Counted from the stretch's first letter, positions 27,100 through 36,470 are shown. The stretch: DNA of 64,000 bases from an uncultured virus (IMG/VR IMGVR_UViG_3300037840_000505) (IMGVR_UViG_3300037840_000505), one strand, 5' to 3'. Notes: a model not told the origin generated them from the sequence alone. Numbers and translations: made by a program.

Positions 27100-27836
27100 T
27101 TGTATAAGGGCCGGCAGTAGACGCGGATATCGGCCGTCGCGGGAGCGCCCTGGGCGGTTCCCAGGTTGAAGTAGATCGTCCCGAGATTGAGTTCGTTGTT
27201 GGTCCCGGCCGTGCTGATCGTCGCCAGCATCGCCGAGCCGCTGGCGTTGAGCGCGGCGCCGGTCAAGGTCGAATAGACCTGGGTCGCCGCGACCAGCGCC
27301 GTGCCGCCTTGCGATTTCGCGGAATAAAACCCGCCCTCCGCCGCGGTGAGCGAGATGCTCGCGTTCGACAGCGTGATCGAAGCGAGCATATAGTTGGCGC
27401 TCGGCACGAGGATGGTGATCGGCTGGTCGACCGAGGCCTCGTTCATATTGGCGCCGAGGAGCTCGCCGCACTGGATCGAGGTCGGCGCGAAGGTATTCCA
27501 CGGGGTCGAAGGGAACTGGAACCCGGTGAGTCCGGTCCCCTGGGCGTGCAGAGCATCAACGTCCAGCGCACCGAAGATGCCCAGCATTGAAAGAACAACT
27601 GCGATGCGGAGCACGGAGATCACGACCGAGCTTTCGCCGGTCGACGAGGCGGCTTCCATCGCGAGATGATTGACGGGATGATCCACGCTCGGTCGCCGCA
27701 ACCGCTTCAGCCAGCGCAGAAAGGCGAGGACCGGGTTAAAACCCAAAATGGCCGCCGCCATGAAAAGAAAGATCAGGGCGACCAAGAAGATCGCCGCCAC
27801 GACGAATGGAACCGAGATCAAGGAAAAAGACAGCAT
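27096..27836 (-). CDS. Membrane-anchored or secreted virion-module protein
   Basis: N-terminal TM, then a second hydrophobic segment ending ALHA/QGT, then a beta-rich domain. Confidence 0.7.
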   Translation of the reverse strand: MLSFSLISVPFVVAAIFLVALIFLFMAAAILGFNPVLAFLRWLKRLRRPSVDHPVNHLAMEAASSTGESSVVISVLRIAVVLSMLGIFGALDVDALHAQGTGLTGFQFPSTPWNTFAPTSIQCGELLGANMNEASVDQPITILVPSANYMLASITLSNASISLTAAEGGFYSAKSQGGTALVAATQVYSTLTGAALNASGSAMLATISTAGTNNELNLGTIYFNLGTAQGAPATADIRVYCRPLYN

Positions 27837-27854
27837 GTGGACGTGCTCCTTGGG

Positions 27855-28748
27855 TTAGCTCGGCGGGATGCCCCAGGCGGTCGCGGCGATGCCGGTCGCG
27901 CTGAAGCGCCAGTTGATCTTGACGTTGGTGACGGCGGAATAGACGAGGCAGTTCCAGCGCCACAGCACCCCTTGCTCGGGTTCCGAGACGACGGCCGAGT
28001 AGGGCGTGTTCGCGGTATACTGCGCGAGCTGGCCGCCGCCCCCGACATTGCAGGGAACGCTCGTCTTGCCGCCGTCGAGGCTGCGCTCCAACTGCACCGT
28101 CGCGTTGAATTCGACCCCGGCCCCGGTGAACTCGGCCGCGTTGTCGGTGCCGGTCGTGATCGCCTGGCTGGAGAGCGCGAAGGTGAAGGTCAGATTCTGG
28201 TTGAGGCCGCCGGTCGGGACACAGGGAGCCGAAAGGCCGACAATGCCCGGCTGGGTCGGGGTCGAAGCCTGGAGGATAGCGGCGACCGTCGTCCCGGCGG
28301 GTATTCCAGCGGCGACCGGTCCGGTGACCGTCGCACCCAAGAGGTTCGCCGTTTCCGCGAGGCCCGAGATGACCGCGAGGCCGCCCGGTGTGGTGCTGGG
28401 GCTGTTGCCGATGTTCCCCGTCAGTTGAATAGAAGGAAGCGCCAAAACGGCCGAAGTGCCGCTGAGGCTCGCCAGGGTGGTCCCGGGCGGGACGTTTTTG
28501 CTGTTGATCCCGGCCCCTGCCGCAAGGCCGGTGCCCGACCCGAGAGTGGCGTTGAGCGACCCTTCGGTCGTCTCGAGCGAGGTATTGAGGGTCGCATAGC
28601 AGAGTGCGTTGAAGGCGCCGTAGAGCGGGGTCCACATGCCGGGCCCGACCGCGCCGAAAGTCCCCGAGGCGACAAGGTTCGCCTGTTCCCCCAAAGAGGG
28701 GTCCGGGGTTCCGAGCCCCGCGGCCCCGGCAGCGGCTGGAATGCCCAT
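27855..28748 (-). CDS. Putative capsid decoration/head fibre protein
   Basis: Gly/Thr-rich with IPAGTTV repeats; ATVQLERSLDGG motif. Confidence 0.65.
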   Translation of the reverse strand: MGIPAAAGAAGLGTPDPSLGEQANLVASGTFGAVGPGMWTPLYGAFNALCYATLNTSLETTEGSLNATLGSGTGLAAGAGINSKNVPPGTTLASLSGTSAVLALPSIQLTGNIGNSPSTTPGGLAVISGLAETANLLGATVTGPVAAGIPAGTTVAAILQASTPTQPGIVGLSAPCVPTGGLNQNLTFTFALSSQAITTGTDNAAEFTGAGVEFNATVQLERSLDGGKTSVPCNVGGGGQLAQYTANTPYSAVVSEPEQGVLWRWNCLVYSAVTNVKINWRFSATGIAATAWGIPPS

Positions 28749-28751
28749 CGG

Positions 28752-29711
28752 CTAGGCCGGCAATCCGCCGGGCCCGATGGTCCAGCTCTTGCCCGGGACC
28801 AATCCCCCTCGGGTCACCTGGATCTTGGTCCCGTGGATGCCCTCGGGCCCGACCTCCTCGACCCCGGCTTCGATGACGCGGGACGCCAGGAGGATGGAGC
28901 GGTCGGAACGCCCGGAGAGGAGCTCGAAATCGGGCAGGCCCATGCCGGAGGGCAGGGCTTTACGCGCCGCCATCGCCTCGGCCACGAGATCGGTCGAATC
29001 GACCTTCTCGCCGCCGCTGTAGCGCACGGTATAGGCCTTCATCTTGCGGGCATTCTCGTTCCTTGGTTCCATCGAGGCCGACGGCATGCGGAAATAGCGG
29101 TGCGTCTCGCCGGCGCCGCGGTATTCGTCGTCGAAATAGGCATCCTCGGTGAGGAGGTACTGCGGCGCCAAGGCCATCGCCGCTTCGCGTTCCCCGGCAT
29201 CGGAGAGGAGGAGCACCTGCTTGATGAGGTCGCGCTGGAAGGCTTCGGCGTTGGCCAGCGCTTCGGCGCGCGCCTCGATCTCTTCGGGCGCAAGCGGCTT
29301 CACATAGCCCGGCTGCTGTTCGGCCGCGACGGCGGTGTTCTTGGCGATCTGGGCAGCGAGGATTGCGTTGCTCGCCGCGAGCTCCCGGCCCAATCCCGCC
29401 ACCAATTCCTTGATGAGGAGGATCGCGTCGGGTTGCCCCGCGAGGCGCGGATCGGCAGCGAGGCCGCGCGAGGCCTCGATCTCGGCGACCTTCAAGGCGA
29501 CGGCCTGGTCGAAAAGCGCCTTCGCGGCGGGGTCGGTCTCGATGCGCGTCCTGATGTCGGCTTCGTCGACCGGCTCGGCCAGGGCCTGCGCGGCGATTGC
29601 GTCGTTCTCGTCGTCCGCGCCGATCTCGAGATCTTCGTCCGGCGTCTCGTGCGTCTCCGGGACGCTGGTGTCATGCCCCGCGAGCTGTTCGCGGGAGGCC
29701 TGGGTTCTCAT
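28752..29711 (-). CDS. Hypothetical head-module protein
   Basis: 319 aa, SD AGGAG, high-GC codon usage. Confidence 0.75.
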   Translation of the reverse strand: MRTQASREQLAGHDTSVPETHETPDEDLEIGADDENDAIAAQALAEPVDEADIRTRIETDPAAKALFDQAVALKVAEIEASRGLAADPRLAGQPDAILLIKELVAGLGRELAASNAILAAQIAKNTAVAAEQQPGYVKPLAPEEIEARAEALANAEAFQRDLIKQVLLLSDAGEREAAMALAPQYLLTEDAYFDDEYRGAGETHRYFRMPSASMEPRNENARKMKAYTVRYSGGEKVDSTDLVAEAMAARKALPSGMGLPDFELLSGRSDRSILLASRVIEAGVEEVGPEGIHGTKIQVTRGGLVPGKSWTIGPGGLPA

Positions 29712-29842
29712 GTCCGTGCTCCTGGAAATTACCGCGGGCTGCTTTCCTTACAGGTCGATGCGCTTCCCGAACGGCGCCCATCGAGGAAAGCTGTAGAGGC
29801 CGGCCCGCGCGGCCCTGGGTGATCGCGCCGTCCGGGTAAGGC

Positions 29843-30358
29843 TCAGTAGTTCGCGGGATAGACCGGGTTGTTGTCGACGCCGGTCAGGACATTGGCGTTG
29901 ACCGCGCCGGCGGTGAAGGGACCGCCCGCGACGACGTAGTTGAAGCGGAAGAAGCGCGGGAAATCCTGGCCGACCTGGCGCGGCGGGATGGTGAAGTCCA
30001 TGATGAGCGCGTTGAGCGTCAAGAGCGCCTCGGGAAGCGCGTCGGTTTCGGCGATCGTCTTCCACGCGTTGGGAGCGTAGGGCGGCGCGCCGCCCGAACC
30101 GCTGTCGACGCTCTCCTGCAACTGGATTTGGAGGGAGGTGGCGCCGATGAAGGCGGTCGTCACCGTCACCATGGCCTTGGGCGGCGACGCGCCGTCGCCG
30201 ACACCGATATCCTCGCCGAAGGTGGCGTTCTGGATGCCGAAATAGTCGGGCGGCGGATTGCCGATCCCGGCCCCGGAGAAATCAAGGGTAAGCGTCGACG
30301 GCGCCGAGGCGGTGATCGCCTGGGCCTGCGAGAAGATCAGTTGGGAATCGACGAACAT
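29843..30358 (-). CDS. Capsid cement protein (Bbp16-like)
   Basis: MFVDSQLIFSQAQAITASAPS...VTTAF...RFFRFNYVV.GPFTAG; follows the major capsid gene. Confidence 0.85.
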   Translation of the reverse strand: MFVDSQLIFSQAQAITASAPSTLTLDFSGAGIGNPPPDYFGIQNATFGEDIGVGDGASPPKAMVTVTTAFIGATSLQIQLQESVDSGSGGAPPYAPNAWKTIAETDALPEALLTLNALIMDFTIPPRQVGQDFPRFFRFNYVVAGGPFTAGAVNANVLTGVDNNPVYPANY

Positions 30359-30407
30359 GGGATATCCTCCGGTTGAACGGAAACCTGAATTGTCGGGGTG
30401 CGCAGCT

Positions 30408-31190
30408 ATGGGCGAAATTCGCGATATGGAAACCCGAGCCGAGGCTCGGGGGCTTGGCTTAACTCGCTACATGCCCAAGCGGCCCTGCAAGCGCGGCCAT
30501 CTGAGCGAGCGGCAGACATCGAACGGCGTGTGTCTCGAATGTCACCAACTCACGATAGCGCGGCACATCGAGAATGTCGGCGGCAAGGAGGCCTTTCTTA
30601 AACGCGAGGCCGAGCGAACTCAGCGGTACGAGGCCCGCGTCGGTGATGAGGTGCGCAAGGCACAGAAGAGAACGGCTCGCGACACGCTTCTCGCAAAGGA
30701 CCCTGAATACGAGCGCCGCAAGGCGCTCAAGTGGAACCGCGCTAACCCAGAAAAGGCTTACGCCGGTCATCGCCGCTACGTGAAGAAACTCGCGCAAGAG
30801 CGGCCCGAGGTCTGGAAGGCGCGCACGGCAGCGACCAACGCAACCGCCCGCGCCAAACAGAAGGGGCACAAAAGTCCGAGCCGTCTCGAACTCATCATCA
30901 GGAAACTCCTGGATCAAGCCGCTGGCTGTTGCGCGCTCTGCAAGACTTTCGTTGGCAACGCCGCGCTTGAACTTGATCACAAGCGGCTCCTCGCGCGGGG
31001 CGGAACGAACGATGAGGAGAACCTTCAATTTCTATGCGGCGATTGTAATCGCCACAAAGGCTACCTCGATCCAGATGCCTTTGTGCCGCCGATCGAGAAG
31101 TATTCGCGAAATACTTCTACAGCATCAAGTAACGCGAGCCTCGTTGCTGATAAGTTGATCGACGTTCCTCATCGGAATACCGCGAAATGA
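30408..31190 (+). CDS. Free-standing HNH homing endonuclease
   Basis: N-terminal RY...PCKRGH...CLEC; C-terminal CALC...ELDHKRLLARGGTNDEENLQFLCGDCNRHKG. Confidence 0.9.
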   Translation: MGEIRDMETRAEARGLGLTRYMPKRPCKRGHLSERQTSNGVCLECHQLTIARHIENVGGKEAFLKREAERTQRYEARVGDEVRKAQKRTARDTLLAKDPEYERRKALKWNRANPEKAYAGHRRYVKKLAQERPEVWKARTAATNATARAKQKGHKSPSRLELIIRKLLDQAAGCCALCKTFVGNAALELDHKRLLARGGTNDEENLQFLCGDCNRHKGYLDPDAFVPPIEKYSRNTSTASSNASLVADKLIDVPHRNTAK

Positions 31191-32168
31191 AACGACCGGT
31201 TCACCCGCATAATCTCTTGGGCCGAGGAGGACGTTCCTGTCGCGAATGCTCTGAACGTCGCAGAAACCGCCCAATTCTCTGTTCAAATATATCGCCGGGC
31301 GGATGGTCATTCCCCTTTCATTGCGCGCATCGGTATCGGTGATGCCCGACATGCCCCTGGCCATCTTCGGCAGGCGCTTCACCAGCTTGGAGAGGTTGGC
31401 GAAGATGTCGTAGGCGTTGGGGCCGGCGAGACCGGCCGAGGTCACGTCGAGGTTGCAGATGCGGGCGCCCCAGCGCCAATCCTCGACGCAGAGCCCGGCG
31501 ACCTGGCGGAACCAGGAGATTTTGGCGCGATAGCCGTTGCCGAGGCTGTCATAGGCGAGTTCCTGCGTCAGGGGCATCAGCTCCACCCCGGCCTTCTGGC
31601 CGCGCGGGAAGACGCCGTAGATCGAGCGGGGAGACCAGCCGACCAGCCAGAGCGACGCATTGTTCGAGCCGACCCCGCCGCCGTCGAAGACGTTGGCGGC
31701 ATTGGCCGCGTTGGCGAGGTTCACCGTGTTGTAATAGAGCGAAAGACCGGTAAAGGATGCCGGGTTCGCCAAGGCGTTGCCGTAGAACATGCCGCCGCAG
31801 ATCGTCTGGCTCGCCCCCTCGAGCATGGCGTTGTCTTCCTCGTAGCGGAACTGGTCGCCGTCGAGGGCCATCTCGTAGAGCTTCAGGTCGATCGTCGACT
31901 GCATTTCCAGATCGCCGCAGTTCATGCGGCCCTGGGCGGTCGTCGACTTGACCCCCGGGACACCCTGGCCGAGATAGCGGTAGGTACCCTTGGGGATGCC
32001 GGTGCGCATCGTATAGACGTGCCCGGTATTGGTGTTGCCTTCCTTCCAGATGAGATCGTCGTAGATCTCATTGGCCTGGGAGAGCAATTCGGCGATGTCC
32101 GCCGCCTCGCCGTCCGGATCGGTCCGGCGCGCCAAATCGATGAGGCTCAGGTACTGGCCTGTGGGCAT
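31125..32168 (-). CDS. Major capsid protein (Bbp17-like)
   Basis: IAELLSQANEIYDDL.WKEGN...RTGIP...FYGN...WRWGARICNLD...FRGIPMRNVDQLISNEARV. Confidence 0.92.
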   Translation of the reverse strand: MPTGQYLSLIDLARRTDPDGEAADIAELLSQANEIYDDLIWKEGNTNTGHVYTMRTGIPKGTYRYLGQGVPGVKSTTAQGRMNCGDLEMQSTIDLKLYEMALDGDQFRYEEDNAMLEGASQTICGGMFYGNALANPASFTGLSLYYNTVNLANAANAANVFDGGGVGSNNASLWLVGWSPRSIYGVFPRGQKAGVELMPLTQELAYDSLGNGYRAKISWFRQVAGLCVEDWRWGARICNLDVTSAGLAGPNAYDIFANLSKLVKRLPKMARGMSGITDTDARNERGMTIRPAIYLNRELGGFCDVQSIRDRNVLLGPRDYAGEPVVSFRGIPMRNVDQLISNEARVT

Positions 32169-32189
32169 GAGAGTTCCCCCTTCGTGAAA

Positions 32190-33044
32190 TCAGATGGTTC
32201 GGTTCGGTGATTGGCTGGTCTGGGCGTAACGGCGCTGGGCGGGGGAGGAGGCGCCGTTTGCTGCACCCATGCGGGCATTGCGGTTGCCGTCGACGAGCGC
32301 CTTGGGCTCGCGCAGGAATTTGAGCGCGGCGGCCATATCGGCTTTCCCGGTGATCGCGAGGACCTCGTGGATGAAATTGCCCGCGCGCGCCCAGGCGCCG
32401 ATCACCAGGGGATGGCTGCCGAAGCCGTTATCGGTGCCCAACTGGTAGAAGGCGCCCCGCTGGTTTTCGTCGACGCAATGCGCAATCGCGGTGCGCGCGG
32501 CGCGCAGCGTCGTCTCGTAATTGTTGGCGAACTGCTTCTTCGTTTCGTCCTGCCAGCCCAGGACCATGTCGTTGAAGGTCTTCCACTGGTTGGCGGAAGC
32601 CTCTCCGGCCATGTGCTCGACGAGCTTGGCGAGGACCTGGTTGTGGTAGTCGATATAGGCCTGCGCGCGCTCTTTCGGCAGCTTGTCGGCGGCGAAGAGC
32701 TCGGTCGCGCCTTTGACCAGTTCCGGGTCGGCGGTAACTCCTTCGGGAAACGCGAAGTCGCCGTAGTCGATCGGTTCGGCGGCGGCTTCGGTCGCCGCAG
32801 CTCCCCCAAGCTCCGGTTCCGTTGCCGCCGCCGCCGCAGCCGGCTCAACCGCTGCCGGGTCTGCAGCGGCCTCGGTCGATGCTGGCGCAGCTTCAGAGAG
32901 GAGCGCCGGCGGCGCAGCAACCGCCGGCGCAACGGTTGCCGCATCCGCGACAGCCGGGGCCGTAACCGGTTCGACAACCGTCGCCGGCGCTGCGGCCGCA
33001 GGTATGCTTTCCGCTGGCGCTGTCGCGCCCGGATCATCAGCCAA
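32190..33044 (-). CDS. Capsid scaffolding protein
   Basis: Ala/Pro-rich N-terminus, YGDFAFPEG, GFGSHP; directly upstream of the major capsid gene. Confidence 0.8.
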   Translation of the reverse strand: MADDPGATAPAESIPAAAAPATVVEPVTAPAVADAATVAPAVAAPPALLSEAAPASTEAAADPAAVEPAAAAAATEPELGGAAATEAAAEPIDYGDFAFPEGVTADPELVKGATELFAADKLPKERAQAYIDYHNQVLAKLVEHMAGEASANQWKTFNDMVLGWQDETKKQFANNYETTLRAARTAIAHCVDENQRGAFYQLGTDNGFGSHPLVIGAWARAGNFIHEVLAITGKADMAAALKFLREPKALVDGNRNARMGAANGASSPAQRRYAQTSQSPNRTI

Positions 33045-33066
33045 GATGGGACCTTTGGTTTAGAAG

Positions 33067-33333
33067 TTAGATCCGCGTATAGCCGTCTTCGAAGGCTTTG
33101 GCGGGACTGATCGACTGGTAGCCGTCATCATAGACGACGAGATAGTCGCCGGATTTTGCTGCCGCGAAGCGCTCGAAGGGCGCGACCTGAATAGGCGCGT
33201 ACCCCGTTTCGACGAATTGGAACCGTTTATCGCCATTCAGAGCGGTTTCGACGCCGGCGATCTTCAACGCCCAGACTTCCTTGTGGCATCGGTAGCGCGG
33301 CATCTGCGCGCCGACCTGTTCGTGCTCGCTCAA
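33067..33333 (-). CDS. Conserved phage protein (Y-V-Y-DGY-S-SP-FE-Y family)
   Basis: PRYRCHKEVWALKI...GDYLVVYDDGYQSISPAKAFEDGYTRI. Confidence 0.8.
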   Translation of the reverse strand: MSEHEQVGAQMPRYRCHKEVWALKIAGVETALNGDKRFQFVETGYAPIQVAPFERFAAAKSGDYLVVYDDGYQSISPAKAFEDGYTRI

Positions 33334-33674
33334 TCTTCAGCTCCTATTCGGCCCCGCCGCAGCGCCGAAGCAAGGACCGGGTCCGCTTCGTCGAGATCAG
33401 CCCAGATATCCCAGCCGGCCTTTTGCTCGCCGGCGAAGAACCAGGTGCGCTCTCCGGTCACGTTGGCGAACTTGGTGTCGAAAGTGTGCAGCCGGTCGAG
33501 GACTTCCTTGAGCCAGAGGCGCCCATGCTGGTGCTGCATCGCATGGACGAGAAACGCCCGGCGCATCTCCTTGGCGCGCCGTTCGGCCAGGGCTTCTTCG
33601 GTCTCGCGCTCCCGCTCGGTCGGGTTGAGATGATCGCGGACCGAGAAATCGTCGAGGTTGCGCTCATCGCTCAC
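33330..33674 (-). CDS. Bbp19-like head protein
   Basis: GTGA overlap; MQHQHGRLWLKEVL...TWFFAGEQKAG. Confidence 0.7.
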   Translation of the reverse strand: MSDERNLDDFSVRDHLNPTERERETEEALAERRAKEMRRAFLVHAMQHQHGRLWLKEVLDRLHTFDTKFANVTGERTWFFAGEQKAGWDIWADLDEADPVLASALRRGRIGAED

Positions 33675-34108
33675 GGCAGGATGATGCGGCCGGGCTGCGG
33701 GGTCTTGCGCAGGAACTGCGGCAGCAAGAGCAAAGGCCGCTCGCGGCTGAAGGACGACACTTCGGTCTTGCGGTTGGCGAGAATTTCGAATTTGTGGAGG
33801 CAGAGCTCGAAGACCGCGGCGAGTTCGCCGAACTTGGTCCACCGGTGATTGTTGCGGTAGAACTGCACCGCCTTGTCCAGTTTGGTGCCGAAATAATTGC
33901 CGAGTTCGAGCCAGGTGAAGTCGTCGCCACGCTCATGGCTGATATCGCGGCAGATTTTCTCGACCCGCTTCACCATCTTGCGCAGCTCGATGTATTTGAG
34001 GGTGCGGGGCGACGGCTCGTTGGCGTTGAGCTTCAATTCGTTGCAGAGTTCGATCGAGCGCCGCATCGCCTCGCGTGCGAGGGTGAAATCTTCGGTTTCG
34101 CGGGACAT
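33671..34108 (-). CDS. Hypothetical protein
   Basis: 145 aa ORF in the operon. Confidence 0.65.
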   Translation of the reverse strand: MSRETEDFTLAREAMRRSIELCNELKLNANEPSPRTLKYIELRKMVKRVEKICRDISHERGDDFTWLELGNYFGTKLDKAVQFYRNNHRWTKFGELAAVFELCLHKFEILANRKTEVSSFSRERPLLLLPQFLRKTPQPGRIILP

Positions 34109-34360
34109 CTAGGCGCGCCCGTCGGCCTCGCGGAAGCCGGGCAGGTCCCGGGGATCGTCGTCGACCGCAAGGCGCAGCACGTTGATGACGCCGTGATTGG
34201 GCCGGCTGGCGAATTCGAGATGCCCGATCCGGTACTGTTTCATTCCGTACAGCGTGGGGCAATAGACAACGTCGTGCCTGGTCAGATCCCGAAGCTCGAT
34301 CACATCGCAGTTGCCCGCGAGGCGAGGCTTGCCGTCGGTGCAGTCGATATAGACCAGCAT
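34109..34360 (-). CDS. Hypothetical protein
   Basis: TGATG coupling to the portal stop. Confidence 0.5.
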   Translation of the reverse strand: MLVYIDCTDGKPRLAGNCDVIELRDLTRHDVVYCPTLYGMKQYRIGHLEFASRPNHGVINVLRLAVDDDPRDLPGFREADGRA

Positions 34361-36204
34361 CAGGCCTGGTTCCCCAGAAGAGCCGAGAGCGCGGTGTTGC
34401 CGCCGAGCCCCGTCTTGGAAAGGGTATTCGCCCCCTGGACCGCGGCCTGGCCGACTTGGGCTTGGGCCGCGAGCTGCGCCGCGGCTTGGGCCTGTTGTTT
34501 CAAGAGCCGGACCTGCGAGGCCGAGCGGATGATCCGCGAGGATGCTCCGCGCAGCTTGGCGACTTCGCGCACCGACTCGTCGGCGTCGAGGACGTATTTC
34601 GAATCGGGGAATTCGGCGGCGATCGACTGGGCAAAGGCATAGGTGCGCTCGATCGAGGAGACGCTTCCCGCTCGTCGCGCCCGGGTGAGTTCGGATTCGA
34701 AGCTGACCTGGAGCGGGATGCCGTAGAGGCTCGGCGGGAGCTTCGGCCACATGCCCCTGCGGTGCAGGATCGCCAATTGGCGCTTGATCCGGGGCTGCAG
34801 GCCGTAGCGGTAGACCCGGTAGATGACGCCGCCCAACTGCCGCAGCAATTCTTCGCGCACCGCATCGATCTCCGTCGCCGATACGTCGCGCTTGGTGTTG
34901 TGGGCAATCTCCTCGATCGCCCGGAAGAGGTCGGCGTGCGACCCGCGGTGGATGCGCTCGCGCACCTTTTCCATGTTCTCGCGCAGCGCGGCGAGCGCCT
35001 GTGGGTCGACGACGTAATTGGGCTTGAATTCCGGGGCGCCGGTCGCCGAATCGTAATACGTGATGTGGTCGGGTTTGGTTGAATGCGGATCGTTCTTGAG
35101 GCTGACCGGAGCGCTGTAGGAAGGCCGCGCCAATTTCTCGGCGAGCTCGGCTTCCCGGGCGACCATGATCTGCAACTGGATCGTATCGCCGAGGATCGTT
35201 TCACCCAGACCATGCCCATAAGGGTCGTTGGAGACGCGGTGCCAGGGCGCGGCGGCAAAGGGCTTCTCGCGGAAGCCCGCGACGGACAGCGGCGCTTCGT
35301 TCGACTTGCCGACGATCCAATAGATTTCGCGCCAGGTAAAGCCGCCGGGGAGCCTGCCGCATTCGCTACCCGGCTCCCTTCCTTCGATCGCGAAATTGGG
35401 CTCGATCGTGTGACCGACGACATATTCGTATTCGAGCGCGCCGCCCTTTTGCCGCCATTTCTGCTTGACTTCCTCGGGGCAATTGGCGAGGCCGAACTGC
35501 TCGACGATCTGCGAGACGGTGCGGCGTTCCTCGACTTCCAGCACCTGGTCGGCGTAATCGGCCCCGGCGGCGAGGCAGAATTCGCCGGCACACGGGTTCT
35601 TGGAGATGAAGATGTTTTCCTTGTCTTCGTAATCGACCGTGACGCCGGTCCCGAACGCCGTGATGTCCTCGTAGAAGAGATCGAGGCTCTCATAGAAATT
35701 GGTCTGGTCCTGGACGAACCGGAGGGTCTCGGTCAGATCCTCGAAAAACATCATCCCGGCGCGGTCGAGCTCCATCCCCGGGATGCCGGGGCCCAATTGC
35801 AGCCATTCGCTGTCGGGGTCGGTGCAGGTCACCATGAGGCCGTTGGTGCAGGCCTCCAGATCGAGGGTCGCGGTGTTGTCGAGAATGTTGCCGTCTTTGC
35901 GCAGGCCCTTGTTGTAATTGTTCTCGACGATAAAGGCGTGGTATCTGCGAGGGAGCTCGAACCGGGCGATATCGCCCCAGGTCCGCCACCACGGAAGCCG
36001 CCAGGTCTTGTCTCCCGCCAAGCGCTGCTCGAGGTGGAGATACATCTGCGGCCAGCCGAGCCAGTCCGGCGCCTTGGTTTCGGGAACCTCGTTGAGGTTT
36101 GCCGGCTCCTGGGCGAGGAGCGCGGGGCTCGCGTTGAAGTAATAGGGCTGGGCCGGGTTGAAGCCCCTCTCGCCATAGCGTTTCTGGGCGGCGGCTTCAG
36201 CCAA
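34360..36204 (-). CDS. Portal / head-tail connector (Bbp21, T7 gp8-like family)
   Basis: 614 aa. W.DIARFELP, ILDNTA, TNFYE, AFGTG, PW...YGHG, SATEI...E...LG motifs. Confidence 0.92.
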   Translation of the reverse strand: MAEAAAQKRYGERGFNPAQPYYFNASPALLAQEPANLNEVPETKAPDWLGWPQMYLHLEQRLAGDKTWRLPWWRTWGDIARFELPRRYHAFIVENNYNKGLRKDGNILDNTATLDLEACTNGLMVTCTDPDSEWLQLGPGIPGMELDRAGMMFFEDLTETLRFVQDQTNFYESLDLFYEDITAFGTGVTVDYEDKENIFISKNPCAGEFCLAAGADYADQVLEVEERRTVSQIVEQFGLANCPEEVKQKWRQKGGALEYEYVVGHTIEPNFAIEGREPGSECGRLPGGFTWREIYWIVGKSNEAPLSVAGFREKPFAAAPWHRVSNDPYGHGLGETILGDTIQLQIMVAREAELAEKLARPSYSAPVSLKNDPHSTKPDHITYYDSATGAPEFKPNYVVDPQALAALRENMEKVRERIHRGSHADLFRAIEEIAHNTKRDVSATEIDAVREELLRQLGGVIYRVYRYGLQPRIKRQLAILHRRGMWPKLPPSLYGIPLQVSFESELTRARRAGSVSSIERTYAFAQSIAAEFPDSKYVLDADESVREVAKLRGASSRIIRSASQVRLLKQQAQAAAQLAAQAQVGQAAVQGANTLSKTGLGGNTALSALLGNQA

Positions 36205-36433
36205 GGAGCGCTATTCCTGCGGCCATGCCGACTATCCAACTGGCCGCGGCCAGGTATTTAGCGGCCCTCTCGTTCTCGGCGAGGATTAAATTGTAGGCGA
36301 GGAAAGCGAAGCCGGCGCTGATGAGCGCCAAGCGCCACGCTGAGCCGTTCTGGGTCACCAGCCCGGCGATAAAGCATCCAGCCAGATAGAGCGCGGAATT
36401 GAGCGCGCCCACGTAGAAAACGGGCGTATTCAT
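36197..36433 (-). CDS. Small three-TM membrane protein
   Basis: Three hydrophobic stretches; start uncertain. Confidence 0.5.
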   Translation of the reverse strand: MNTPVFYVGALNSALYLAGCFIAGLVTQNGSAWRLALISAGFAFLAYNLILAENERAAKYLAAASWIVGMAAGIALLG

Positions 36434-36470
36434 CGGATCAATTCCGACCGCGAAGATGACGCCATAGCCG

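Noticed and set aside
27666..29822. Long + strand ORF (718 aa) and similar ones at 2374, 9176, 37544, plus minus-strand 46199..48337
   Set aside because: Shadow ORFs antisense to well-supported genes in high-GC DNA; no motifs.
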